Origin: an uncultured virus (IMG/VR IMGVR_UViG_2626542208_000008)
Lineage: Duplodnaviria; Heunggongvirae; Uroviricota; Caudoviricetes
DNA length: 20,000 nt
Virus record (IMG/VR): IMGVR_UViG_2626542208_000008
Strand: one strand, 5' to 3'
Positions 1 to 8,776 of the stretch are shown here, in pieces. Position numbers and translations under genes: made by a program. How positions within the stretch are numbered: position 1 is the stretch's first letter; every line of letters begins with the position of its first letter. A model generated the notes under the pieces. The model had not been told where the DNA came from. It saw nothing but the letters and a program-made list of their open reading frames with translations, and did no database searches.

Positions 1-1502
1 TTCGGCAAGTCCCCGTCGTATGGCGGTGTCCGCCACGCGCGCTCGGCCGCGTTCTCGCACAAGGCCGGAGAGTCGAGGTGCGGTTCCCCTCGCATAATCT
101 TCACGCGCAACTCTTTGTTCCACAGCTTGCGCTTGGCGAACCACTCCTCAATGACCTCTACCGGCTCCATCTTGGGATACGCCCAGTAGTCGTAGAACCC
201 GGAGGCGACTTCACGCGCGCACTTGAGCTGCTCCATCGCCTCGACCAACTCTTCGCCGTCCGGTCGCACCCACGCACCGCGAACCTCGGCGAGCGCCGCC
301 TTGACCGTCTCGGGCATCGGCGGCGCCTTACGCTCGTTGATCGAGATTGAGCAGGTGACCGACGACGTCTTCGTAGAGATGACGCCGCAAGTCTCTATCA
401 CTCTCTGCTTATAGCCCTCGCGTACGTCCGGCATTCCTGACACGAAGAACTTGGGCTTGTCGTTTAGAGATGGATCACCGAACGCGTTCCGCAACGCCCT
501 CGCGGTCGAAGAGTTGGTATCAGGAACCGGCGACGGATCAATCACCAGTGCCACCGCCTCGACCGTATCTGACTTGAGCGGGTACGGCGATCCCATCCCG
601 AGCGAGTGCGCCGAGAGGTGCGCGACATCCTTGACGGTCTTCTTGACGGTCGACCCTGACCAGTTGCAAACGATCTTGCCGTTGTTCTGTTCGAGATATC
701 GAACCCACCGCATTGATCGCGATGAGTTCAACGACGCTAACAAGTGACATTCATCGTCGACCAACATGTCGAGGTTGAGCTGTTCCAAAAGCAACGTTGA
801 TTTCTTATTCGACAATAACGAGTACGGAATGAAATGTACCGCAGGCGATCCAGTGACGACGAAGCTCTCGACCTCCGACTTGTCGAAGATGAGGCTCGGT
901 ACGCGGAAATGCTCGCGGAGCTGCAAGTACGCCCGGTAGTAGTGTAGTCGCTGATCAGGTTTCGCGAGAATGCCGGCGGTCTTACACTTGACCGCGAGCG
1001 GAGCCAAGATACCCGCAATTGTCTTACCGCCACCGACGGAAATCATGCCGAAGATCCCGCCCGCCTTCGGAAGCTCATCAAGAATCCACGACTGCACCGG
1101 ATTGAGCGTCGTCAAGCAGACCGGGTGCCCAAGACCAGCCAACGTCGCGGTCATCCCCGGCCTCAACGCCTGCACGATCTTGTTCGTCTTCGGATCGTGC
1201 AGGCCGTCAAGACAAAAGGAATCGATCGACATCTCGACCGGAGGCGGCGGAGGTAGTCCCGGGCGACTTGTATGAAACACACGAATGCTACCGTTGCCAA
1301 TCACTTCTATGTATCGATCCCGACAAGCACACGAAAGCCGTTGACCTCGAGAAAACTGCGCGGTCATCTTCGTAATGAGCGCCTGCGCTTCTGGTGCCCA
1401 TTGACGGTCTGCGCCACGCTCACAATTGAGCACAGGCCGACGCGGCAACGCGACAATGCGTTGAAGGTCTCCTTGCGACAAATCGAGAGCAACACCTTGC
1501 AT
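1..1502 (-). CDS. Superfamily 2 (DExH) helicase, truncated at window edge
   Basis: Not in the ORF track because it runs off the edge. Manual translation from ATG at 1502 (MQGVALDLSQGDLQRIVALPRR...) is open to position 1. It has a Q-motif-like LNPVQ, Walker A SVGGGKT, Walker B LVDDECH and motif III WSGS. It starts 5 nt after the upstream stop. Confidence 0.85.
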   Translation of the reverse strand, partial: MQGVALDLSQGDLQRIVALPRRPVLNCERGADRQWAPEAQALITKMTAQFSRGQRLSCACRDRYIEVIGNGSIRVFHTSRPGLPPPPPVEMSIDSFCLDGLHDPKTNKIVQALRPGMTATLAGLGHPVCLTTLNPVQSWILDELPKAGGIFGMISVGGGKTIAGILAPLAVKCKTAGILAKPDQRLHYYRAYLQLREHFRVPSLIFDKSEVESFVVTGSPAVHFIPYSLLSNKKSTLLLEQLNLDMLVDDECHLLASLNSSRSMRWVRYLEQNNGKIVCNWSGSTVKKTVKDVAHLSAHSLGMGSPYPLKSDTVEAVALVIDPSPVPDTNSSTARALRNAFGDPSLNDKPKFFVSGMPDVREGYKQRVIETCGVISTKTSSVTCSISINERKAPPMPETVKAALAEVRGAWVRPDGEELVEAMEQLKCAREVASGFYDYWAYPKMEPVEVIEEWFAKRKLWNKELRVKIMRGEPHLDSPALCENAAERAWRTPPYDGDLP

Positions 1503-1507
1503 AGAGA

Positions 1508-3322
1508 CTACCGCTTCACCATCGAAAGCGTCTGCATCACTGCCTGGACTTCAGTCGGCGTCATCCGCGAAAGCGCCACCACATCCACGTGAAACACAAT
1601 GCTGCGAGAGGTGTTGCGGCCAACATAGTCGACACTGAAAGCCAACGCCTCCGGTAGAAGAGGTGACGGAGGTACCGCCGAAGACACAATCGGTGCCATA
1701 GAGTGGTTGTGCGCGGCCGGTGCGGACCCGGGAATCCCAGGAACACCGTTCGCGGGATTCGTTGCCGCGGGCGGCTTCGGTGCCGGCGGCGCGTCGACCT
1801 TCGGCAGATTATGTCGCGGAACGATGATCCCGGTGAAGTCGATGTTGAAGTCCCCGTCCTTCAAACGGAATTCCTTGCCGCACGACGGGCACGACTTCTT
1901 GCGCGACGTCGCCTCCTTCGGCGTGACGGAGATCTCGGTACCACCTGTCAGGCAACGCCCGCCCGTCTTTGCGGCCTCGGGATTGGCGGCGGCCTCGGCT
2001 GCCTGTTGTTGCGCACTCGCCAAAGCATGTGCTTCCGCACGCACCTTGATCTCCGGGTCCTCAATGTTGGCGATGACCTCGGCCGGGAGCGGTGCCGCTG
2101 CCGCGACCGGATCGAACGGCGGCGAGTCCGGCGGGTTGATCGCGCCGATATGCGGCGGCGCAACAGGCGCGGCCGGCGTGGCGAACGCGACCAACTCAAA
2201 CTGTGTAGGCGGGCGTTGAACCCAACCCGAATCGGCACCCTCCCTATCAAAAACGATCCCGGATGGATCGAATCGCATCATTCCCGCCGCGATCTTCTGT
2301 CGAGCAATGGCGATCGGATCGACCGCCGAAGGCGCGGTCGGCGCAGTCGTAGACGGTACCGACGGTAACGGCATCGCACCGTTGGTCTGCGTCGGCTGCT
2401 TCATCATGTCGAACAGGCTTGCCATCTGGGCTCCTCCAATTTGCAACAGGGTAGAGAGGCTTGCTTGTGGTCGTTCACAGTAGGGTTGATGCGGACACCC
2501 ACGAAAGTCTCCGCATGCACGGATGTTGGGTTCGATCTTACGATGGTCTGTCTCCTTCGCGACGTCGACCATCGCCGCGACCGTACACTGGATGTCCTCG
2601 CCTCGACGATAGATCGTATCGAGATCCAACAACCGCGAGACCTTCTTCGACTCACGCTTCTTGGTACCGAAGTACCCGTGAGAGATACGAACGAAGCGCA
2701 AGTCCGGCCACACGTGCAAAGTCGCCCTCGCGTAAACAGGCATCTGCACGGTCATCACAAGACCTTCTTCGGTCTTCGCCCACTTCTTCACGTCCCCTGA
2801 GGTCTTCCAGTCGTTGATCTCGGCCGTGCCAGGCGGATCTTGATTCCGACTTCCCTTGTCGTCGAGCCACACACCTCGACGGTGACGAAGATCCATCGCG
2901 CCCATGAGCGGAATGCCAAAAAACGCGAGGCCGTGTCGCTCAACCTCTTCCTTGGTGCCGACCCCCGCCAACATCCGATCACGCGCCGCGAGCGCCGCCT
3001 TGTAGTCGCCAAACCCCTCTTCGACAATGAGATCGTTACCAGGCTCGGGAATGAACCTCATTCCGTGTCGCACCACAGGTCCGAGGATATTCTCCCCGGT
3101 CTTGAAATAGTGCTCCAACGACTTGTGTTCCTTTTTTCCTGTGTTCTGCCAGGTCTTCTCCGGCGGCTTCTTCCCGTCGATCTTCTCGAACCAGTACCGA
3201 CGGTGACAACCACCTTCCTGATTCGGATCGAACGCACTAATCGAACTTGCCGACACGTATCGGATCGTGTGACCGAACACGATCGAGTGCCCGTAATCGG
3301 GCCTGGTGTCCTCCGCACTCAT
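1508..3322 (-). CDS. Cas4-like/RecB-type PD-(D/E)XK exonuclease with long Pro/Ala-rich C-terminal extension containing a CxxC motif
   Basis: N-terminal C (GCHRRYWF), MDLR...INDWKTS catalytic motif, QMPVYA (QxxxY), and C-terminal ACGDFRGCPHQPYC match the 1+3 Cys Fe-S pattern of Cas4-like nucleases. The tail contains SCPSCGKEF. Confidence 0.8.
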   Translation of the reverse strand: MSAEDTRPDYGHSIVFGHTIRYVSASSISAFDPNQEGGCHRRYWFEKIDGKKPPEKTWQNTGKKEHKSLEHYFKTGENILGPVVRHGMRFIPEPGNDLIVEEGFGDYKAALAARDRMLAGVGTKEEVERHGLAFFGIPLMGAMDLRHRRGVWLDDKGSRNQDPPGTAEINDWKTSGDVKKWAKTEEGLVMTVQMPVYARATLHVWPDLRFVRISHGYFGTKKRESKKVSRLLDLDTIYRRGEDIQCTVAAMVDVAKETDHRKIEPNIRACGDFRGCPHQPYCERPQASLSTLLQIGGAQMASLFDMMKQPTQTNGAMPLPSVPSTTAPTAPSAVDPIAIARQKIAAGMMRFDPSGIVFDREGADSGWVQRPPTQFELVAFATPAAPVAPPHIGAINPPDSPPFDPVAAAAPLPAEVIANIEDPEIKVRAEAHALASAQQQAAEAAANPEAAKTGGRCLTGGTEISVTPKEATSRKKSCPSCGKEFRLKDGDFNIDFTGIIVPRHNLPKVDAPPAPKPPAATNPANGVPGIPGSAPAAHNHSMAPIVSSAVPPSPLLPEALAFSVDYVGRNTSRSIVFHVDVVALSRMTPTEVQAVMQTLSMVKR

Positions 3323-3471
3323 CTCGCCTTCGACGACTTGCGCGCCTTGTCCAACCAGTCACGCACGATGCGACGTACCAACTCGGATACCGAGATGTCC
3401 ATTCGACTCGCTTCGCGCTTCACGCTCGCAAAGTCGGTCACGCCAAAACTAATCAGACGTTTGGTTTTCAT
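3319..3471 (-). CDS. Small ribbon-helix-helix (CopG/Arc-like) DNA-binding protein, 50 aa
   Basis: Below the ORF-track cutoff. Manual translation: MKTKRLISFGVTDFASVKREASRMDISVSELVRRIVRDWLDKARKSSKAR, a beta strand plus the SxSELVR helix typical of RHH. ATGA overlap with the downstream nuclease gene. Confidence 0.75.
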   Translation of the reverse strand: MKTKRLISFGVTDFASVKREASRMDISVSELVRRIVRDWLDKARKSSKAR

Positions 3472-3482
3472 TTCGAGATGCC

Positions 3483-3511
3483 GATATATCTAACAGAGAT
3501 ACTCGTGTCAA
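3483..3511 (-). promoter_or_regulatory. Sigma70-like promoter with inverted repeat (candidate RHH operator)
   Basis: Minus strand TTGACA (3511-3506), 17 nt spacer, then TATATC. An inverted repeat TATCT-N5-AGATA (3487-3501) lies mainly in the spacer, about 15 nt upstream of the RHH start. Confidence 0.45.
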
Positions 3512-6400
3512 CTACTTTTCGTCGGCAAGTTTGCCAGATCCCTTCTCGTCATCTGGCTTTCCACCCGCAAGCGCAAAAAACCCCTTCCTGTTGGAATCCG
3601 CATCGAGCAGTGCTTGAGTCGCGTAGTAGCGCCAAGCACGTGCGCCGTGTCCGTCTCGCTGCCGACGAAATCCGAGCTTCTTCAACGCATATCCAATACG
3701 TTGAAGATCGTTGTCTTTGATTGGCTTGTCTTCGAATATCTCTTTGGCAACATCAAGCGTCGTCACGCTTTTTGGACGTGCCATTTTCGCCGTAGCAAAC
3801 CACCACTCTCGCACCATCATGGCCGGTACATTCTCGACCATATAGTCATCGGTTACCTGCTCCGTGATGGCGATTTCCTCGTAGGTGAAGTGCCACACCT
3901 CACCTGCATCGAACGCGACCACGGCTTCTGCGAGAAGCTGATCACGATCTCGTCGCAACATCTCGATCGCGGTCTTGGTGTACTTGCAGGCCACCGGCCA
4001 GTATTTCCGGTTGCCCGTGTCGTCGGAGAAGATAGCATCCTCGTTGGCGGTCGCGACGAAGACTGCGCGCCTGGGAGAGTCCTCGAAGTCCTTGCTGTAC
4101 GGCGGCCTGAACCTGTCTTTCTGCGACGAGAAGAAGCTCTTGAGCATGTCGTTGCCCACACGCTTGAACGCCACGCACTCGGCCAACTCACAGAGCCAGT
4201 ACAAGCCCGCCATCATGCGCGAGTCTTTGTCCCCGAGATTGATCGCCGTATCGCAGAACCACTCTCCAGCCAAGATGGAGAAGATGGTCGACTTCCCGAT
4301 CCCTCCATCGCCCTGCACCACCAACACGTTGTCAACCTTGCAACCAGGCTGGAGCCCGCGTGCCGCCAACGAGATCATCCAACGACGTCCTACCTTTTCC
4401 AAGTAGTCATCTAATTCTTGCGTCGCGCCGCAATAGGTCTTCAACCAATTGGAGATTCGCGGTTGACCGTCCCACTTGAGCGACCGCAAGAACTCTTTGA
4501 TTGGATCGTACGGATTCGACCGCGCGACGCTGATCACTCGGATGCACAATGCCTGATGTGCGACCTGAAGTTTGTGTACGTTCGAGAGGTAATCTTCGAT
4601 GCCAGCGACGAGAATCTCGATCGGGCTCTTAGCATACTGAAGCATCGGGCCGCCCGTGACCTCGACACGTTTGGAGACCTCGTTCCAGCGCAAGTAACCA
4701 CAAAAGTCGGGGTGATTGCGCAAGAAGATACGTGCATTGTGCGCAGTATTCGCAGGCGCCCCTGCGTTGTTGATGGTCAGATGATCACGCCAATTCGCGC
4801 CGTCTGGAGGGACGCCCGGTAACGGTACCGTGTTGCTCGCGGTGTACGCTGCCTGCGTAACCATCGCGACACGCTCGTTCTCCTTCTGCACTCGCTCGAT
4901 GTCGCCGACCTTACGCTGATCCTGAGCAGCACGAAATTTTCGCTCGGCCACCGTGATCCACGGTGTGTCACCGGGCTCGATCACCATCCCGACGATCGAC
5001 ATCCGCACAATCTGAAACACACCTTCCCACGTAGTCTCCGACGGTAACCCGTAAGCAAGCGCTGACATCACCTTGCCGATGGCCTTGAACCGTCCGACGC
5101 CGCGATCGGCATCGTCGAGGACGGTCTCCACATCACCGTACCCGCCGGGTTTGGCAAGCACGTGTCCGTCGAGTACACGCCGAATGAAGATGGCCAAGAT
5201 CTTGTCGTTGCGCTCCTGCGACCGCGCCTTATGGTTCGCCAGATCGCGCACTTGTTCGCGCAACGCGCCCAGTTCGACGACCGCAGGCGACGAGGCGAGA
5301 ACAAGGGCGTGTACGTTGCGCTCAGGCGCGCGTTGAAACGCGCGAATGATGGTCTCATTACGAACCTGAGTGATGTACTCGCCGATCTCGTCCGCGTCTT
5401 CTTCTCCAAGGATGCCACATACGCGTGTGAAACCGGTCATCGCGCTGTCGTCGGTGAGCGCGTACGTGTGGTCGACCGTGTTGGCGCGTGCCTCCGGATC
5501 GTCCGAACCTCCTTCGCGAAAACTCTCGCGCAAGATGTAGCGCGCAGCTTCGAGTGAAGCTCCTGCACGTCGCATCATACCTCCAAGCGCAAGTGCAAGT
5601 TCATGTCGTCGATTCGGCGGGAATGTGCGACTCACAACGTCGATGAGACCGAGCACCGCGTCGCTTTCGAGATCCCACTTCTCTTCGTCGGGGAGCGCCG
5701 TCCGGTTGTAATCGAGCGCGGCGGCCACGGGTACGTTCTTCTCCGCCCAGGCGAACACTTCGTCCACGTCAAGGATCTTTCCTCGCACGTGCTCGGCGGA
5801 GTGCTCCGTGTCTTTCGGATGCGACGGTCGGTAGTAGAACCTCGAGCGATTCTTGCAAGTACGATCTGGCTGAAGTTTACCGTGCTTGTCGATGACCGAG
5901 ATGCCAAGATACTCGACGGCAGCGGCGAGGAATCGGTGCCACTGATTGGCATGGACTGGACGAGAAAGCGCAAGCACCACACGAAACCCAATGTCATCAG
6001 GGCGGCAGTTATGTGTCGTGTGGCGAACGTGCTCCCACTTCGAGAGCGCGGCGACAGCCTTCGTGCCTTCTTCTAGCGAGAGGTGATCGAAGTCGAGCGT
6101 GAGAAGCGTGACCGCGCGGACGTTGACGTCGAGACGTTGCCCGACGATCTCGACCGGGCTCCAGGCCATCGGGTTATCAGGAAACGTGCTGTGGCTCTTG
6201 TAAGGGCACTTGGCGCCGATGCACTGGTCAGGTCCCGGTGCCACCGTACACGGACTGGTCTCGACGTAGTTTGTGAGCAGATCGACGAACTGTCCCCAGG
6301 TCACCAGTTGGTGGGCCGGCGCCGTCGACTCTTGGTCACGGTAAAAAACGACGCGAAGAGGTGCCGGTGGAGGCGGCGCTGACGCTGTGGCCGAAGACAT
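3512..6400 (-). CDS. Primase-polymerase (AEP-like) fused to VapE/D5-type P-loop helicase
   Basis: N-terminal LTLDFD, HTTHN, RVVLALSRPV and DRTCKNRSRFYYRP motifs. C-terminal VapE-like LRWNE, YDPIKEFL..LKWDG.PR, GCKVDNVLVVQGDGGIGKST, FRPPY and DDTGNRKYWPV. Start placed at ATG 6400 (MSSATA); the ORF extends to 6490. Confidence 0.88.
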   Translation of the reverse strand: MSSATASAPPPPAPLRVVFYRDQESTAPAHQLVTWGQFVDLLTNYVETSPCTVAPGPDQCIGAKCPYKSHSTFPDNPMAWSPVEIVGQRLDVNVRAVTLLTLDFDHLSLEEGTKAVAALSKWEHVRHTTHNCRPDDIGFRVVLALSRPVHANQWHRFLAAAVEYLGISVIDKHGKLQPDRTCKNRSRFYYRPSHPKDTEHSAEHVRGKILDVDEVFAWAEKNVPVAAALDYNRTALPDEEKWDLESDAVLGLIDVVSRTFPPNRRHELALALGGMMRRAGASLEAARYILRESFREGGSDDPEARANTVDHTYALTDDSAMTGFTRVCGILGEEDADEIGEYITQVRNETIIRAFQRAPERNVHALVLASSPAVVELGALREQVRDLANHKARSQERNDKILAIFIRRVLDGHVLAKPGGYGDVETVLDDADRGVGRFKAIGKVMSALAYGLPSETTWEGVFQIVRMSIVGMVIEPGDTPWITVAERKFRAAQDQRKVGDIERVQKENERVAMVTQAAYTASNTVPLPGVPPDGANWRDHLTINNAGAPANTAHNARIFLRNHPDFCGYLRWNEVSKRVEVTGGPMLQYAKSPIEILVAGIEDYLSNVHKLQVAHQALCIRVISVARSNPYDPIKEFLRSLKWDGQPRISNWLKTYCGATQELDDYLEKVGRRWMISLAARGLQPGCKVDNVLVVQGDGGIGKSTIFSILAGEWFCDTAINLGDKDSRMMAGLYWLCELAECVAFKRVGNDMLKSFFSSQKDRFRPPYSKDFEDSPRRAVFVATANEDAIFSDDTGNRKYWPVACKYTKTAIEMLRRDRDQLLAEAVVAFDAGEVWHFTYEEIAITEQVTDDYMVENVPAMMVREWWFATAKMARPKSVTTLDVAKEIFEDKPIKDNDLQRIGYALKKLGFRRQRDGHGARAWRYYATQALLDADSNRKGFFALAGGKPDDEKGSGKLADEK

Positions 6401-6653
6401 CACCCGGCGCACTCGTAGACGTACTGGAAGGCCCCTGGCTTCGCTTGAGCGGCGCTTTTCCACCCTTGCAGGTATCGGCCCCTGCCCCACGCTCCGTTTG
6501 CCAGTCTTCCGAGGGATTGACGATCAGCCAAACGAAACTCCTTGGGCACCGGGCGGGAGCCGTCGGTCGCCGTCGGTGGGCCGGAGTAGGCGTACAACCC
6601 GTTCCGAACACCGACAGCCCCCGGCCGCTACCCAGGAGGCGCCTCCTCAAACG

Positions 6654-6677
6654 AAAAAACCGCGGCGAAGCGGTTCC
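6654..6677 (-). terminator. Hairpin plus U-tract in the leader upstream of the primase gene (possible attenuator/terminator)
   Basis: Minus strand AACCGC-TTCGCC-GCGGTT followed by TTTT. A perfect palindrome AGGAGGCGCCTCCT lies nearby at 6634-6647. Confidence 0.35.
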
Positions 6678-6904
6678 AAAAACAGGGAAGTAGCGCTTGT
6701 ACACCAGACGCACACCGTGTGACAATAATCGACACGCAAAAATTTTATAAGGTCACGCAACAATTCGACTCTTAGTTGGAAAGCTGTTACATTACAACGC
6801 GTTGTCTGCTGTGGACAAGTGTCAATAACCCAGCAGAACTATTTAATTTTTCTGCGAGGTCGCCCACAAATCCACGTAGAAATATCTATGGAGTCGTCGA
6901 CGGA

Positions 6905-6950
6905 GCGCACCCCGCGCTGCGCACCCCGCGCTGCGCACCCCGCGCTGCGC
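6905..6950. repeat. Tandem repeat, 14-bp unit GCGCACCCCGCGCT x3 plus partial
   Basis: Perfect copies at 6905-6918, 6919-6932 and 6933-6946, then GCGC. Confidence 0.95.
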
Positions 6951-7310
6951 GCCTATTCTACGTAGTGGGGGTGAATGACGAGTTGAAGTTGGGTCGTCGA
7001 GACGGGTTGGGCCGTAAAAATTCGTTAATAGTTTTTTCGTCATGTCTTAACGTCCTAACTAACCCAGGACGTATTAGGGGTTATATAGAGACGTTTGTGC
7101 GAGTGCGCTACCCGCAGTATTTTTATGCGCACAATAGCTAATGCGGGTTATTTACTGATCTCTCTCTCTCCTATAGAATTTTTCGGAAGCACTTAAAAGT
7201 CGAGTCGGGTCGGATCCACCAAGCTCTCAACGAGTTACATACAAGTTTTGTAACGTCCAAGACAACAGACTAGACAGTAAAAAATTCGTTAAGTACACTA
7301 CAGTTAGGTC

Positions 7311-7496
7311 GAAAATATCAAATTTACAACGAACGGTTCTATTTTTAGCATCCATTTTAGAACGCTCGAAACGGTTCTGTTTTTCGCATCCATTCCTTGT
7401 GTTTTGGTGATTATTGAAAATCTCAGTTTCACAACGACGGTTCTAGTTCGTAGAGTGAAAACTTCAAATTTACAACGAATGGTTCTTGCTTTTCGC
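7311..7496. repeat. Four imperfect direct repeats, consensus approx. GAAAAtnTCAaaTTTACAACGAAcGGTTCT(nTTTTTnGCATCCATT)
   Basis: Copies at 7311-7356, 7368-7394 (3' half only), 7416-7444 and 7457-7496. Confidence 0.8.
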
Positions 7497-7536
7497 GTTT
7501 GTATTTGTGTATGTGGTTTCTTACGGAGGTTTTTAC

Positions 7537-8040
7537 ATGAGTGATAAGAAAATGATCGGTGTGTACTTGTCCGAGCAAGAGCACGCTTTTGTCGAAACTG
7601 CCATTCGTAGTACGAGGGTGTCGTTCTCTGCCCAGTGCAGGGCGCTCCTCCTTACTTGGGCGAATGTCGCGCTCTGTCGACCAGGGAGTTACGACGGTCC
7701 TTGTGGAAGCGTGACAGGGTGTCAGAACCAGAACGCGAAGTGGTACCACGTCGAGGGTCAATCATTCTTCTGTGAGGAGTGTGCGACGAGAATCAATTCG
7801 ATTCGTCCGGGTACTTGTGTACTAAACGGCGGCCCTCAAATCACGAAGAAGGACGTGGACCAGATGATCGCGCGGATCGCTAAAGAGGCTGCCGAGGTCA
7901 ATCAGGATAAGGTCATTGCGCGTTTAGATAAGGCGCAGGTGACGTTCTTGAAGGAACTGGAAACTTTGAAACAGATGTGTGCGCCTTTACTATCGTTGAA
8001 GCCGGTTTCCAGTTTGTTCGACCAGATGAAGACACAGTAG
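7537..8040 (+). CDS. Putative regulator: RHH-like N-terminus, Cys-rich Zn finger and coiled-coil tail
   Basis: SD GGAGGT at 7525-7530 before ATG 7537. KKMIGVYLSEQEHAFVE...SFSAQCRALL is RHH-like; CGSVTGC...FFCEEC gives the Zn ligands. Confidence 0.55.
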   Translation: MSDKKMIGVYLSEQEHAFVETAIRSTRVSFSAQCRALLLTWANVALCRPGSYDGPCGSVTGCQNQNAKWYHVEGQSFFCEECATRINSIRPGTCVLNGGPQITKKDVDQMIARIAKEAAEVNQDKVIARLDKAQVTFLKELETLKQMCAPLLSLKPVSSLFDQMKTQ

Positions 8041-8108
8041 ACGCCATCAGATCATCCTGCTAGATTCCATTTTTCACGGCCGAAGTGCCGTTTTCAGGAG
8101 CCCCTCCA

Positions 8109-8408
8109 ATGCCCCGTTTTTATGTCGGAAACATCTCGTACGATGCCACCGAGTTTGACCTCCGCGACTTCTTCTCCGACTACGAAGTCGTCGACGTGAA
8201 GGTTCTCTACGACAAGGAGACGAAGCGCTCGCGCGGCTTTGGTTTCGTTGAGGTGTCCGACGCGACCGCCGAGGAGATCATCGCCGATCTCGACGGACGC
8301 GAGTTTATGGGGCGCGAGGCGCGGGTGAACGAGGCCGAGCCGCAGGTGTTTCGGACGCCTCATCGGGTTTCTCCACGTCGCGGTACTCGCGGAGTTGGGG
8401 GGCTGTAG
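8109..8408 (+). CDS. RRM (RNA recognition motif) RNA-binding protein
   Basis: RNP2 FYVGNI, RNP1 RGFGFVEV, and C-terminal LDGREFMGREARVNEA typical of bacterial single-RRM proteins. SD AGGAG upstream. Confidence 0.93.
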   Translation: MPRFYVGNISYDATEFDLRDFFSDYEVVDVKVLYDKETKRSRGFGFVEVSDATAEEIIADLDGREFMGREARVNEAEPQVFRTPHRVSPRRGTRGVGGL

Positions 8409-8462
8409 TCTCGTGAGATTTTATAATGATCTCGCTGACGATAATGAGGTAATATCTCTTTG

Positions 8463-8774
8463 ATGGAACGCGAAGCCATCGTCTCTGCCTTGAAGAGTGC
8501 GCCGAATATTACCGAGGCGGCGAAGCAGCTCGGTGCGTCGCGAAGAACTATTCAAAATCGCATGCGGCACTACAACATTCCGCCGGGTAAGGCAGGACGT
8601 CCTCGAGAGCTGCTGCCCTATCGCACCCCCAGCGTCGGCGGTCTTTTAGCCCTCGCGGGTATTGCCGGCGGCGCGTTCCTCGTGGGGCGCTGGTTTTCGA
8701 AGCGGACCGCGGTGGTGGGCGCTGGCGACTCTATGTACTTGATCGGTATTGATATTCTTTCTAGTCGGGCGTAA
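8463..8774 (+). CDS. Fis-type helix-turn-helix protein with C-terminal hydrophobic helix
   Basis: EREAIVSALKSAPNITEAAKQLGASRRTIQNRMRHYNI matches the Fis/NtrC HTH. GGLLALAGIAGGAFLVGRWF is a probable transmembrane helix. Confidence 0.75.
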   Translation: MEREAIVSALKSAPNITEAAKQLGASRRTIQNRMRHYNIPPGKAGRPRELLPYRTPSVGGLLALAGIAGGAFLVGRWFSKRTAVVGAGDSMYLIGIDILSSRA

Positions 8775-8776
8775 AT

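Larger units (their letters stand above)
6725..7530. other. AT-rich non-coding region between divergent operons; candidate replication origin and control region
   Basis: No credible ORF, lower GC, several repeat sets, (TC)6 at 7159-7170, and adjacent to the primase-helicase gene. Confidence 0.5.

Noticed and set aside
78..1592. Short plus-strand ORFs in the track
   Set aside because: They are shadows of the minus-strand SF2 helicase, which has clear motifs.
6336..6725. Small ORFs upstream of the primase (including 6400-6597 with a TGATG overlap)
   Set aside because: Several overlapping candidates with no motif or clear SD; none can be supported, though one may be real.
7311..7496. Mini CRISPR array (given the Cas4-like gene)
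   Set aside because: Repeats are degenerate and irregularly spaced with very short gaps. There are no other cas genes, and solo Cas4-like nucleases are common in viruses.
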